Source of the DNA: Octopus vulgaris
Lineage: Eukaryota
Assembly: GCA_951406725.2 (NCBI GenBank)
Contig: OX597829.1
Coordinates: 47,988,001-48,052,000 of the forward strand
Reading direction: 5' to 3'
Length of the DNA stretch: 64,000 nucleotides
In this document: positions 53,216 through 64,000 of the stretch, piece by piece
Numbering within the stretch: position 1 is the first letter of the stretch
Layout: the number at the start of each line of letters is the position of its first letter
Position numbers and translations under genes: made by a program
Notes under the pieces: generated by a model
What the model was told of the DNA's origin: nothing
The model's database searches: none
The model's input: only the letters and a program-made list of their open reading frames with translations

Positions 53216-55295
53216 TATATAAAAAGATTTTTGAGAAGACATGCTAAAAAAAAAAAAAAAAAAAAAGAGTAAAATATATGCACAATTCCCCTTTACTTTT
53301 GATGATAAAGTTGGAAAAGAAGCAATGAATAAAAAAAATATTTTTAAAATATGGGAAGACAAGTTATTTCGTTATTGCCGAAAATGGTATCTTTCTTCAA
53401 AATAAAATTCCAAGTAAAATACTGGAAATACATAAAAACAGAAGTTATTTCAGCTCCGTCTGGCACCTGTGCGGGTGGCACGTAAAAAGCACCCACTACA
53501 CTCACGGAGTGGTTGGCGTTAGGAAGGGCATCCAGCCGTAGAAACACTGCCAGATAAGACTGGGCCTGATGCAGCCTTCTGGCTTCACAGACCCCGATCG
53601 AACCGTCCAACCCATACTAGCATGGAGAACAGATGTTAAACGATGATGATGATTTCCATATTCAGCTTTAAAAATACTATTAAAAAAAGCCTTGTGAGTG
53701 AATTTGGTAGACAGAAACTGAAAGAAGCCCATCATATATATGTATATATGTCTGAAAATGAAACATTTTTTCTCCCAAAAAAGTCCCCGGGGAAGAGGTT
53801 GATGGGAAATAATTATCTTCAGTGCATAAATACAGTATCGTTTTTTATCTTTTACTTGTTTCAGTCATTACATTGTGGCCATGCTGGAGCACTGCCTTCA
53901 AAAGTTTTTAATTGAATGGATCACTCCCAGTACTTACCTCATTTTTTAAATATTTTTTGAAAATCTGGTCATCAGTTTTTCAGTCACTGTTGCCAAACCA
54001 CTAAGTTGCAGGGATGTAAAGAAACCAACACTAGTTGCCAAGCAGTGGTGGGGGAGGGGGGCTGACAGCAACAGACACAAATGCACAAGGATATATACAT
54101 GTATATACATGTGTTTGTGTCTGTTCATGTGTGTGTTCCTGTGTGAGTGTGCATATGAGTGTATGTGAGTGTGTATGTGAATGAGTGTGTGTAAGAATAT
54201 GTGAGTGTGTGTGAGTATGTGTGAGTGTGCATGTGTGAGTGTGCGTGATAGACTTCCACAGTCTCCATCTACCAGATTCACTCACAGGGTATTGGTCAGC
54301 CCAGGGCTAAAGTAGATGACATTTACTCAAAGTGCTGTACATTGAGATTGAACCCAAAACCACACGGTTGCAATGTTAGTTTCTTAAGCACACAGCTATG
54401 CTTGTGCCTATACTGAATGAATAACAACCCATTATTAAGCATTTGTTTGCTATTAACTCACAGAAACATATCTCAGCAAAAAAGGACCCCTTGTCAGAAA
54501 GACTGTGTGTCATGAAGCAAGGGTGAGGGAGCTTGTGAGTCTCTTGAGGGTGGGGTACTTACTGGCTCATGAAAGGGAGTTTGTAAGCATGCGAGGAAAG
54601 ATTTGTGAGGGTGGACACAGGTTTGTTGCAAGTGTGTATGATGTTTGAATGTATGTATATGTGTGTATAGGTGAATGAATGAGAGAGAGAGTGAAAAATA
54701 GAGAGAGAGTGAGTGAGTGTATGCATGAACATATTGTTCTTTAATCCAGTGTAGTCCTGATCAACCAGATCTAAGTGTGATTCACAGATCAAGCAGATAG
54801 ACATATGGCTCAGCAACTAGTTCAACAAACAACTGTGATCCACAGATCAAGAAGACTTATGGCTCAACAGTTAACCCTAAGAGACAAGCAGAGATCCACA
54901 AATCCATTATACTAGACATTCCATCTCTCTGCATAATGGAAAACCATATCACATTCTTTGACATAATGTGATTTACTGTTGCATAAGCACAATGTAGTAA
55001 AGGCACGTGCCTTAGTGGCTGGGATATTCAGCTCACGATCGTAAAGTCATAAGTTCAATTCTCAGTGATGTGTTGAGTCTTTGAGTAAGATATTTTATTT
55101 TCATGTCACTCCAGTTGCAAAAATGAGTAGTACTTGTATTTTAAAGGAGCCAGCTATGTTACACTGTGTCACGCTGAATCACAAATGTCCATGGTGTGTG
55201 TGTGTGTGTGTATATATATAAAACATTGGAGGATGCCATGATGGGCCGTTAGTTCCTACACGCATTTTTTTCTCTCCTTGTTTTTTTTCTGTGTA

Positions 55296-55333
55296 TCTTT
55301 CTGTCGAAGAGCGTAGGCTCGAAATGTAAAAGA
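55296..55333 (+). ncRNA. Variant hammerhead-like motif (CUGUNGA family), best-preserved copy
   Basis: TCTTT-CTGTCGA-A-GAGC-GTAG-GCTC-GAAA-T-GTA-AAAGA. Confidence 0.62.
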
Positions 55334-56184
55334 CTTGTTCTATTTCTATTCCTGAGTGCCATACTAATACATTTGTTTGCTTGTACTCCACCTACCTTCG
55401 TCTTTTGTTTATTTTCGTAAACCTTCCCGTTATATAAAACATTCCCAAATAAAATAGTTCAGTTCTAATTAGTTGCTCATACTATACAGAACTTAACTTT
55501 AATACACATTAGAGTACACCTCACTTGTATGGCTTTGCTGCTTTATACAAATATACAAAAATATCAATTATAGACTTCATCCTAATGAAAGCCATTCAGA
55601 TTATTGGCAAATATTCATCATTTGCCAACATGCTACAACAGCTGGCTCACAAGTGTACTGCTCGCTCTCTCTCTCTTCCCATCTCCTACCCCACCCACCA
55701 TCTGTGAATACAATGACTTCTGCTTCTCTGAAATGGCCAACTCAATGCAATAACGACCCCCAATTGGCCCACTGTATCTACCACAGACTAAACACTTAAT
55801 GCAATAATTTTTCTCCTGGTCTGCAACTCCCAGCAATTCAATTTCCTCCCCCTTTCATGTTTCCCTCTTCTTCCACTTCAGTCTACAAATTAGCTGTGTC
55901 ATAAGAAGCTTGCTTCCCAACCACGTGAATCTAGGTTCAGTTATACTGCATGGCACCTTGGTCAAGTGTCTTCTACAACTGCCTCAAGCCAACCAAAACC
56001 TTGTGAATGGATTTGGTAGATGGAAACTGAAAGAACCCCCATCATGTATACATATCTAAATATAAATATCCTATCTAATATTGACCCTCTTGAACTAGGA
56101 CAACAATGTAGATATAATACGTAAAAGAAAAATTTAAATTATAATAATGGAGGGAATATAAATAGGACATTCTATAAAAAAACA

Positions 56185-57140
56185 GCATGGAAACCGGATA
56201 TTATTTGGTTCACCCACTTCCATTTTCCTTACAGGTTCAAAACCTCCCCCAGTAATTCTTTAAATTAACTGAGAACAATTTTCCTTCAGCACATAGGTAC
56301 CACTCTATTTTTAAGAAATCAGCTCTGAAATTTTCTTACTACTCAACATCAAACCTCAGATCGATTATTGCCACAAATAATAGGTAGAAAATATGAAATT
56401 TGACAAATACTAATAGTAACAAAGGAAATAACAATAAAGAAATGGGTGGTCCCATAAAAAATATGTTGCGATTGTCGCTCTTAAAATAATTGTCCACTAA
56501 ATGGTCAGTGTCTATGCAACAATGTAGTTTATGAATGTGAAGTGAATACTTTAAATGATGTTAACAAAGTATACATTGGAAGTACTACAAATTTCAAGAT
56601 TAGATATGGGCACATATGAATTCATTAGTTAACAAGAATATGAAAAACTCAACCGCTCTGACCATATATATAAATAAATGAAAAAACAGAAATAGGATAT
56701 ACTCCTTAAAATGATCTACCACGGGAGGAGTATACACCATATAACACCCATACAAAAACTTGTAGACTGTTTGAAAGAAGCCATAAATTATTGCTGAATT
56801 AGATATCTGAGTAATACAGTTCTATATTTAAGAGATGAGGAATTATGTACATTATTTACATTTGGCATAGTGGTTAAGAGTGCAGGCTACTAGTCCCAAG
56901 ATTCTGAGTTTGATTCTAGGCAGTGACCTGAATAATAATAATCATAATAACATTGAAAAATACCTTAGGAATGAGAACTCAGGTTCGAAATTTCTCCAAG
57001 ACACCTGATGAAGGCTGGAGGGTATATCAACTGAAACGTTGTGTTAACAACAAACAAGATGAGGACAAATATCCGTCTAATGTAAATAATGAAGATATCT
57101 GAGGTTTTGAATTCATGTCAGCACAAGTTGCTACCAACTT
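56185..57140 (+). pseudogene. Penelope-like element 3' relic with GIY-YIG endonuclease (probably Naiad-type), interrupted at 56812-57092
   Basis: DIIWF.., FFKLTENNFPSAHRYHSIF..LKFSY, CDCRS*NNCPLNGQCLCNNVVYECEV..KVYIGSTTNFKIRY, and LLN*ISE|VLNSCQHK across the insertion. Confidence 0.85.
56812..57092 (+). mobile_element. tRNA-headed hammerhead element (copy 2) with inverted tail and 11-bp target duplication
   Basis: AGATATCTGAG at 56801-11 and 57093-103; 56817-56863 is the reverse complement of the family tail; A/B boxes at 56863-56918; hammerhead motif at 57000-57045. Confidence 0.8.
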
Positions 57141-58095
57141 CCAAATTTTTTAGAAAATAAAAATATTAATAAAAAAATTTTTTTTATAAAATGAAAAGTT
57201 TTAAAATGCAGAGTTCTCCGATATAGATCTCAACTCATCCTTATTTAGGCATATAATTTAGTATAGATATAAATATAATCTTGTATTCCTAGTAAGATAT
57301 CTCTTTTACATGTTTCAGTCATTTGACTGTGGCCATGCTGAAGCACCGCCTTTAGCCGAGCAAATCGACCCCAGGACTTATTCTTTGTAAGCCTAGTACT
57401 TATTCTATCGGTCTCTTTTGCTGAACCGCTAGTTTACAGGGACGTAAAATTTATTTTATACACACCAGACTGCTTGGAATTTTCATTTTTATTTTTTCCT
57501 TTATACTCGTTTACAACTCTTTAACCTTTTTTTATATTTATTACCAAGATCACCCAGTTGTATGGAAAACTCTTTTTAGAAAAAAAAACTTTAAAATTTT
57601 TTTTTTTAAATTAATTTTAAAAAATTCTATCTCTAATGAAGAAAATGCAGCCACCAAAGTTGAAAGAATAAGCTTCTCTTTTGTCTATTCCCTGAAGCAA
57701 TCGTAAGATATCTCACTTCATTATATTTTTATTTCATTCGTGAACTGCGTTATTTTATTTCATTTGAGCACAATTTTAAATCGCCTTACTCTATTTAATT
57801 TTACTTCATACGAGGACTATTGTAAATCTTTTAAACATCTCACCTGCTCGTGATTTCAATTTAATCTATTTTATCTGATGTAATTTTCTGTATATGTATT
57901 GTGATTGCCCAACCTTGAGATTATAATAAAAAAAATATATATGTATGTATTTGATTGTATTCCCAATTTGAATATGTACTGATGGGACTAGGAGGATGAT
58001 AAACTAATCTGTCTTCTCTCCCTCCTTGAACTTTGATATTTGCTGAATATATTGAGCCCTTCCGTGTTATTTCTTGGAAAGCTTTACCCTCTTAT

Positions 58096-58143
<48 letters not shown>

Positions 58144-58161
58144 TAAATATGTATGTATATA

Positions 58162-59199
58162 CAGGGGTTGGACAAAATAATGGAAGCACCTAGCATGATA
58201 TCATAATTTTGAAATATCTATAAAACCATCAAAAGCTTGTTTACTTTTATGGTTTTTGATTTATTTGTGTTGCTTGATACGTTTTGCTAAAATTGCTGTT
58301 TCTTTTCAGATATCATCAGAAAAAGATAAACAAAATTCATTAAAATGATAGATCCATTTGACTTTCAAAGAGGTCAAATTGTTGGTGTTTGTATGGTAGG
58401 CACTAGCGTAACAAAAACAGCTGAAATGTTTGGTGTATCAAGAAGTACTGTCCCCAAAGTAATGACAGCCTTTGAGAAAGAGGGAAAAGCTCCTCGTCGA
58501 AACAAAACTCCAGAAGAAAACCAAAACTTTTAGATAGGGACCGTTGGACTCTTATGCAAATTGTTAGAAAGGATCACAAAAATACAGTTCCCAAAATTAC
58601 TGCAGAGCTTAATGACTACCTCGAGAATCCAGTTTCCATAAAAACTGCTTGCCTGGAACTGCACAAAGACAGATTTCATGGGAGGGCTGCAATCAGAAAA
58701 CCACTACTTTTAAAAACAAACACTGCAATGTGTTTAGAGTGGAGTAAAAACCTACAGAATTGTTCCTAGCATGTTTTCTTAGACAAGCCATCCTTTACCT
58801 TATTTACGACCACCGGCCGAATATATGTGTAAAGACAGCCAAAAGAAGCATTTGACCCAGACTGCCTTCTTCCAACTGTTAAACACGGAGAAGGATCTGT
58901 GATGATACAGGGTTCTATATCTTGGAAATCTGCTGGCCCAATGGTTTCCTTTCATGGCAGAATTAATAGTGAAGACTATTTAAGCATTTTATCTGATCAA
59001 ATTCATTCTATGGTCACAGAACTGTTTCCGGAGAGAAATGCAATCTTTCAGGATGATAATGCACCAATTCACACAGCTAAAATTGTTACTGAATGGCACG
59101 AGGAGCATTCTAGTGAAGTTGAACATCTTATCTGGCCGCCACAGTCCCCAGATCTCAATATTATTGAACATTTATAGTGCATTTTAGAAAAACAAGTAG
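58162..59199 (+). mobile_element. Tc1-family transposon relic, 3' end missing
   Basis: TA-CAGGGGTTGGACAAAATAATGGAA left end; broken transposase FQRGQIVG...AEMFGVSRSTV, IFQDDNAPIHTA, WPPQSPDLNIIEHL. Confidence 0.92.
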
Positions 59200-60942
59200 G
59201 TCTATGTGGATATTTCTTGTATGTATTCAATGTAGAATTGAAAGTAAAACTTATAGCAAAAGTGGTGGCGTCGTCTTCTAAAGGTATTACTCACACTTTC
59301 ATTATGGCTAAAGAAACCTGTGTGTTTGTTCTTGTGTATGCTCGTGAGAACAAGAGAAAGAGAGAGTGTGTGTGGTTTTTCTCCTGGGAATGTATGTGTG
59401 TGCATATTTATGACTGTGTCTGCATTGTACTATGTGTGTATGTGCATGAATGAATGTATAGGAATATGTATACCTATATTTGAGAGAGAAAACTACACTG
59501 GTTTGGATGAGGACAGCTGTGTAAAGAAGTTCCAAGCTCTGGTTGTGGAGGGAACCAATGGAAGGGGGTAGATTTGGGGATGAAATGGTGAGAAAAGGAT
59601 GTTTGGATACTGGGCCTCACTGAGAAAATGACAAGGGACTGGGAGTTGAGGTGATTTGCTGTACATGAGAAGATGTGCCGAACCTATTAAATTTTCATTC
59701 GTCCATACATTCACACAGGCTTGTCCTTTGCAAGTACTGGTGTTCGATAAATGCACCCATACCAGTGGAACATAAGGAGCACCCAGTACACTCTGTAGAG
59801 TGGTTGGCTTTAGGAAAGGAATCCAGTCATAGAAATCATACCAAAACAGACAACTGGGGTCTGAAGAGCTCCTCTGCTGGTCGGCTCCATGTCAAACTGT
59901 CCAACCCATGCCAGCATGGAAAAAGGACATTAAATGATGAGTGTTATGTACATGCTTGTGAGTACATTTATCTCGGCCCACACTGGATAGTCACGCTCTA
60001 GGTGACCATCGCACCCCAAGGGGGTCCTAAGTGTTAGTGAATACTTGTATGTTCGTCTCTGTAAATTTAGGCAGTTATTGTAGTTGTGGCTGCATTGTCC
60101 CCTTTGCCTTTCCCTTGGATAACACTGGTGGCGTGGAGAGGAGAGGCTGGTATGCATGGCCGACTGCTGGCCTTCCATAAACAAGCTTGCCAGGACTTGT
60201 GCCTCGGAGGGTAACTTTCTAGGTGCAATCCCATGGTCAGTCACGAACGAAGGCGGTCTCCTCATATATATTCTTTTATTTGCTTGGTATTCAACTGCGA
60301 CCATGTTGGAGCACAGCCTTGGAGGATTTTAGTCAAACAAATCAACCCCAGGACTTATTTTTTAAGTCCAGTTCTTATTCTATCAGTCCCTTTTGCTAAC
60401 CAGCTAAGTTACAGGGGATGTAAACATACCAACACAGGTTGTCAAGCAGTGAGGGACAAAAATACAGACAAGCTCACACACACAGAGAGGCTTCTTTCAG
60501 TTTCCATCTACCAAATCCACTCACAAGGCTTTTGTTGACCCGAGGCTATAATAGAAGACAATTTCCCAAGGTGCCATGCAGTAGGCCTGAACCCAGAACC
60601 TTGTGGTTGGGAAGCAAGTTTCTTACCACACACCCATGCCTGCATATATACCACTGCTATTATGTTAAACTGTCGCATGTCCAAATTTGGCCAAATGTGT
60701 TGTTTTTTTTTGCAATATTTATTTTTGCCTGAAATAACCAGTTCTTTTGGTCAAACTATCGTATCTCCAGCTGCTTCAGATGCCAAGATATCAAAAATTG
60801 CCAAAATGTAGTACAATGGTTTTGCTATGGAATGGTGAAACTATTTTTTCTTTTTCTGAAAAAGCAACGTATGGGACTTACGACACTTTTGCATTATAGC
60901 AACAATATACATTTTTATTAAAGCCGCAAAATTTTTTTACAA

Positions 60943-60984
60943 AACTGTTACTCAGAGTTTCACGATCCCATTCATCGGACGGTT
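60943..60984 (-). ncRNA. Hammerhead-like motif with CCGAUGA core
   Basis: Reverse complement AACCGT-CCGATGA-ATG-GGAT-CGT-GAAA-CTC-T-GAG-TA-ACAGTT. Confidence 0.5.
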
Positions 60985-61091
60985 GTGATGAATACTGCAT
61001 TCAAATACCTTTTAGTATTTGAGTACTACTTTCTTCCCTTTTGCTTTGCGTAATGTGCTTCCAAATAAATGAGTATTGCACATTTTTTCTC

Positions 61092-61131
<40 letters not shown>

Positions 61132-61245
61132 CACACACACATGATAATATATATATATACACACACACATACATGATAATGATATACATATATATATATT
61201 ATATATAGAAACATATGTACATACACACACATGATAATGATATAC

Positions 61246-61277
<32 letters not shown>

Positions 61278-62261
61278 TTTCTATGGGTGTGTGTGTGTGT
61301 ATATACACACACACACACTATGATGATATATATATATACACACACACACACACAATAATGATGATATATATATACACACATACATGATAATATACATATA
61401 TATATACATACACACACACACACACACACACACACGATAATGATATATATATACACACATACATGATAATGATATACATATATATATACACACACACACA
61501 CACACACGATAATGATATATACATATATATATTATATATAGAAACATATGTACATATATGAACATAGATACATATATATATATCCATTCTTGGTCGTGTG
61601 TGCATATGGTTGTGTGTATGCGCTTATAAGTGAGCTTATGTAAAAAGAGGAAACGGGTGCGTGTTCATGAGTGAGTATACGCGCTTTTGCTTCTGTGTAT
61701 GCATGTACGTGTGTATGTGTGTGTGTACATATGTGTGTGTGTACATATGTGTGTGTGTACATATGTGTGCGTGTGTGTGTGTGTTGCAAGCATGTCCTTG
61801 TTCATGTGTATGTCCATGTGTACCAAGCAAAAAAGAAAAAAAAGGAAAACAGTGATCCTTCTCTCTCTCTTGCTCTCCCTTGCTCTCGCTCTCTCTCCCT
61901 TGCTCTCTCTTTCTCTCGCTCTCTCCAACCTAGTGGTATAAAAGCTAGCTTATGTCACCTGGCATTGTGCTACTCTACATTAGTCACCAGTGGGCTATGT
62001 AGTGCAGACAGCCAAGCCTTTGTTGTGATACAGGTGGCAGTTGGCCCGATTTTGTTGCTGTTATTGTTGCTTCTGCTGCTGCCACTGCCACTGCTGCTGC
62101 TACTACTACTACTACTACTGTTTGTTTGTTGCTGTTTATAGAGCAAGGCTGGTGGTGACAGTGACAGTTGCTGTAGTAGTGGTGGTGGTGGGGGTGATAG
62201 TAGTGGTGATGGTGGTAGTGGTGATGGTCTTAATAGTGAATGTTATTGAGTTATTAAACAC

Positions 62262-62320
<59 letters not shown>

Positions 62321-62557
62321 ATATGCAGAGGAGTGTGTCCATGTGTATGTGTGTGTGTCCTTGTATGCGTTTCCGTGTGTTTCTTCATTTGCTAAAGTGT
62401 AACCAGTTACATAAGAAGTGTCAATCAATAAAAGGACCCAGAGTAAACAGCTCCGAAATAAAACACACACACACACACACACACACGTAACTATGAAGTT
62501 ACATGCCAATGATGGACACACTTAGGTACTCACTCAATTTGCTAGAAATAGAGCCAA

Positions 62558-63033
62558 AGGCAAGCTGGCAAAAATGTTAGCACGCCGGACGAAATCCTTA
62601 GCAGAATTTCGTCTGCGTTACGTTCTGAGTTCAAATTCCGCCGAGGTCGACTTTGCCTTTCATCCTTTCGGGGTCGATAAATTAAGTACCTATTTCTTTA
62701 TTACCCACAAGGGGCTAAACACAGAGGGGGACAAACAAGGACAGACATAGGTATTAAGTCGATTACATCGACCCCAGTGCGTAACTGGTACTTAATTTAT
62801 CGACCCCGAAAGGATGAAAGGCAAAGTCGACCTTAGCGGAATTTGAACTCACAACGTAACAACAGACGAAATACCGCTAAGCATTTCGCCCGGCTCGCTA
62901 ACGTGTCTGCCAGCTCGCCACCTTAAATTAAGTACCAGTCACTCACTGGGATCGATGTAATCGACTTAATCCCTTTGTCTGTCCTGGTTTGTCCCCTATG
63001 TGTGTAGCCCCTTTGTGGGCAATAAAGAAATAA
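62558..63033. mobile_element. Meta-like SINE with a full-length antisense copy nested inside
   Basis: Inner copy at about 62691-62923 (minus) flanked by TAAATTAAGTACC at 62678-90 and 62924-36. Confidence 0.88.
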
Positions 63034-63403
63034 GGAATAGAGCCAAAGTTAGAATCATGTCACCATTCTACTAACATCCTAAGATGTGCTGCTTATAACA
63101 TCGTTATGGCTAACAATACCGGAGTGTGTATATGTTTGCATATACACACTCGGGTATTGTTAGCCATAATGATGCTAACATATATGTTTGCATATGCATG
63201 TGTAAGAGAGAGAGAGAGAATGTATGTATTTGCTCAGGAGAGAGAATGTGTGTGTGTGTGTGTGAGAAAGGTGGAGAAAATGTATGTGTGTGTGTGTGTG
63301 TGTGATTTTGTTTAGCTGGAAGGGTGTATATTTATGACTGTGCCTGTATTGTATCATGTGTAGATGGACACCTTAGATAATGTGAGCCTAGATTACACTC
63401 ATC

Positions 63404-63434
<31 letters not shown>

Positions 63435-63579
63435 TATATATACACACACATATATATATATACATATACATATTACACACATATATATATATATATATAT
63501 ATACATATTATACATATTATATACACACATTATATATATACATATTATATATTATATACAAATACATACTCTTTTACTC

Positions 63580-63852
63580 TTATTCTTTTACTTGTTTCAG
63601 TCATTTGACTGTGGCCATGCTGGAGCACCGCCTTTAGTTGAGCAAGTCGACCCTAGGACTTATTCTTTGTAAGCCAAGTACTTATTCTATTGATCTCTTT
63701 TGCCGAACCGTTAAGTTACGGGGATGTAAACACACCAGCATCAGTTGTCAAGCGATGTTGGGGGGGATAAACACACACACACACACATATATATAACGGG
63801 AAGCTTTATGAAAATAGACAAAAGACGAAGGCAGGTGGAATACAAACAAACA

Positions 63853-63891
<39 letters not shown>

Positions 63892-64000
63892 GACGGACTT
63901 CTTTCAGTTTCCGTCTACTAAATCCACTCAAGGCTTTGGTTGGCCCGAGGTTATAGTAGAAGGCACTTGTCCAAGGTGCCACGCAGTGCGACTGCAACCG
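63580..64000 (-). mobile_element. CORE-type SINE running off the window end
   Basis: Reverse complement of the 42402 family; contains a ~65-bp tail fragment of the CUGUNGA-motif family at 63793-63858. Confidence 0.85.

Noticed and set aside
56460-56790. Selenocysteine recoding in the Penelope-like relic, as reported for some Naiad elements
   Set aside because: Cys positions use TGT/TGC, and the stops present look like ordinary decay

Overview
AT-rich, repeat-saturated eukaryotic DNA, most likely octopus or another coleoid cephalopod (inferred from the SINE/LINE families). The only host coding sequence I can support is the last coding exon of an N-acetylglucosamine-6-phosphate deacetylase (AMDHD2/NagA-like, minus strand, 20892-21070). 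No further convincing exon lies upstream in the window. The rest is microsatellites, tRNA-derived SINEs, one RTE LINE with an uninterrupted APE-RT-PHD reading frame (31004-34312), and relics of RTE, Tx1, R4/Dong, CR1, Penelope-like, mariner/Tc1, piggyBac-like, hAT-like and Helitron elements. Most entries in the ORF track are microsatellite artefacts. The main unexplained signal is about a dozen minimal type-I hammerhead-ribozyme folds from several unrelated short-repeat families. They include a tRNA-headed SINE-like element carrying a hammerhead and a family with a non-canonical CUGUNGA core and a covarying stem I. Several sit in insertions with inverted ends and 11-14 bp target duplications, which points to Penelope-mobilised retrozyme-like elements. 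All folds were read by eye and no activity is demonstrated.
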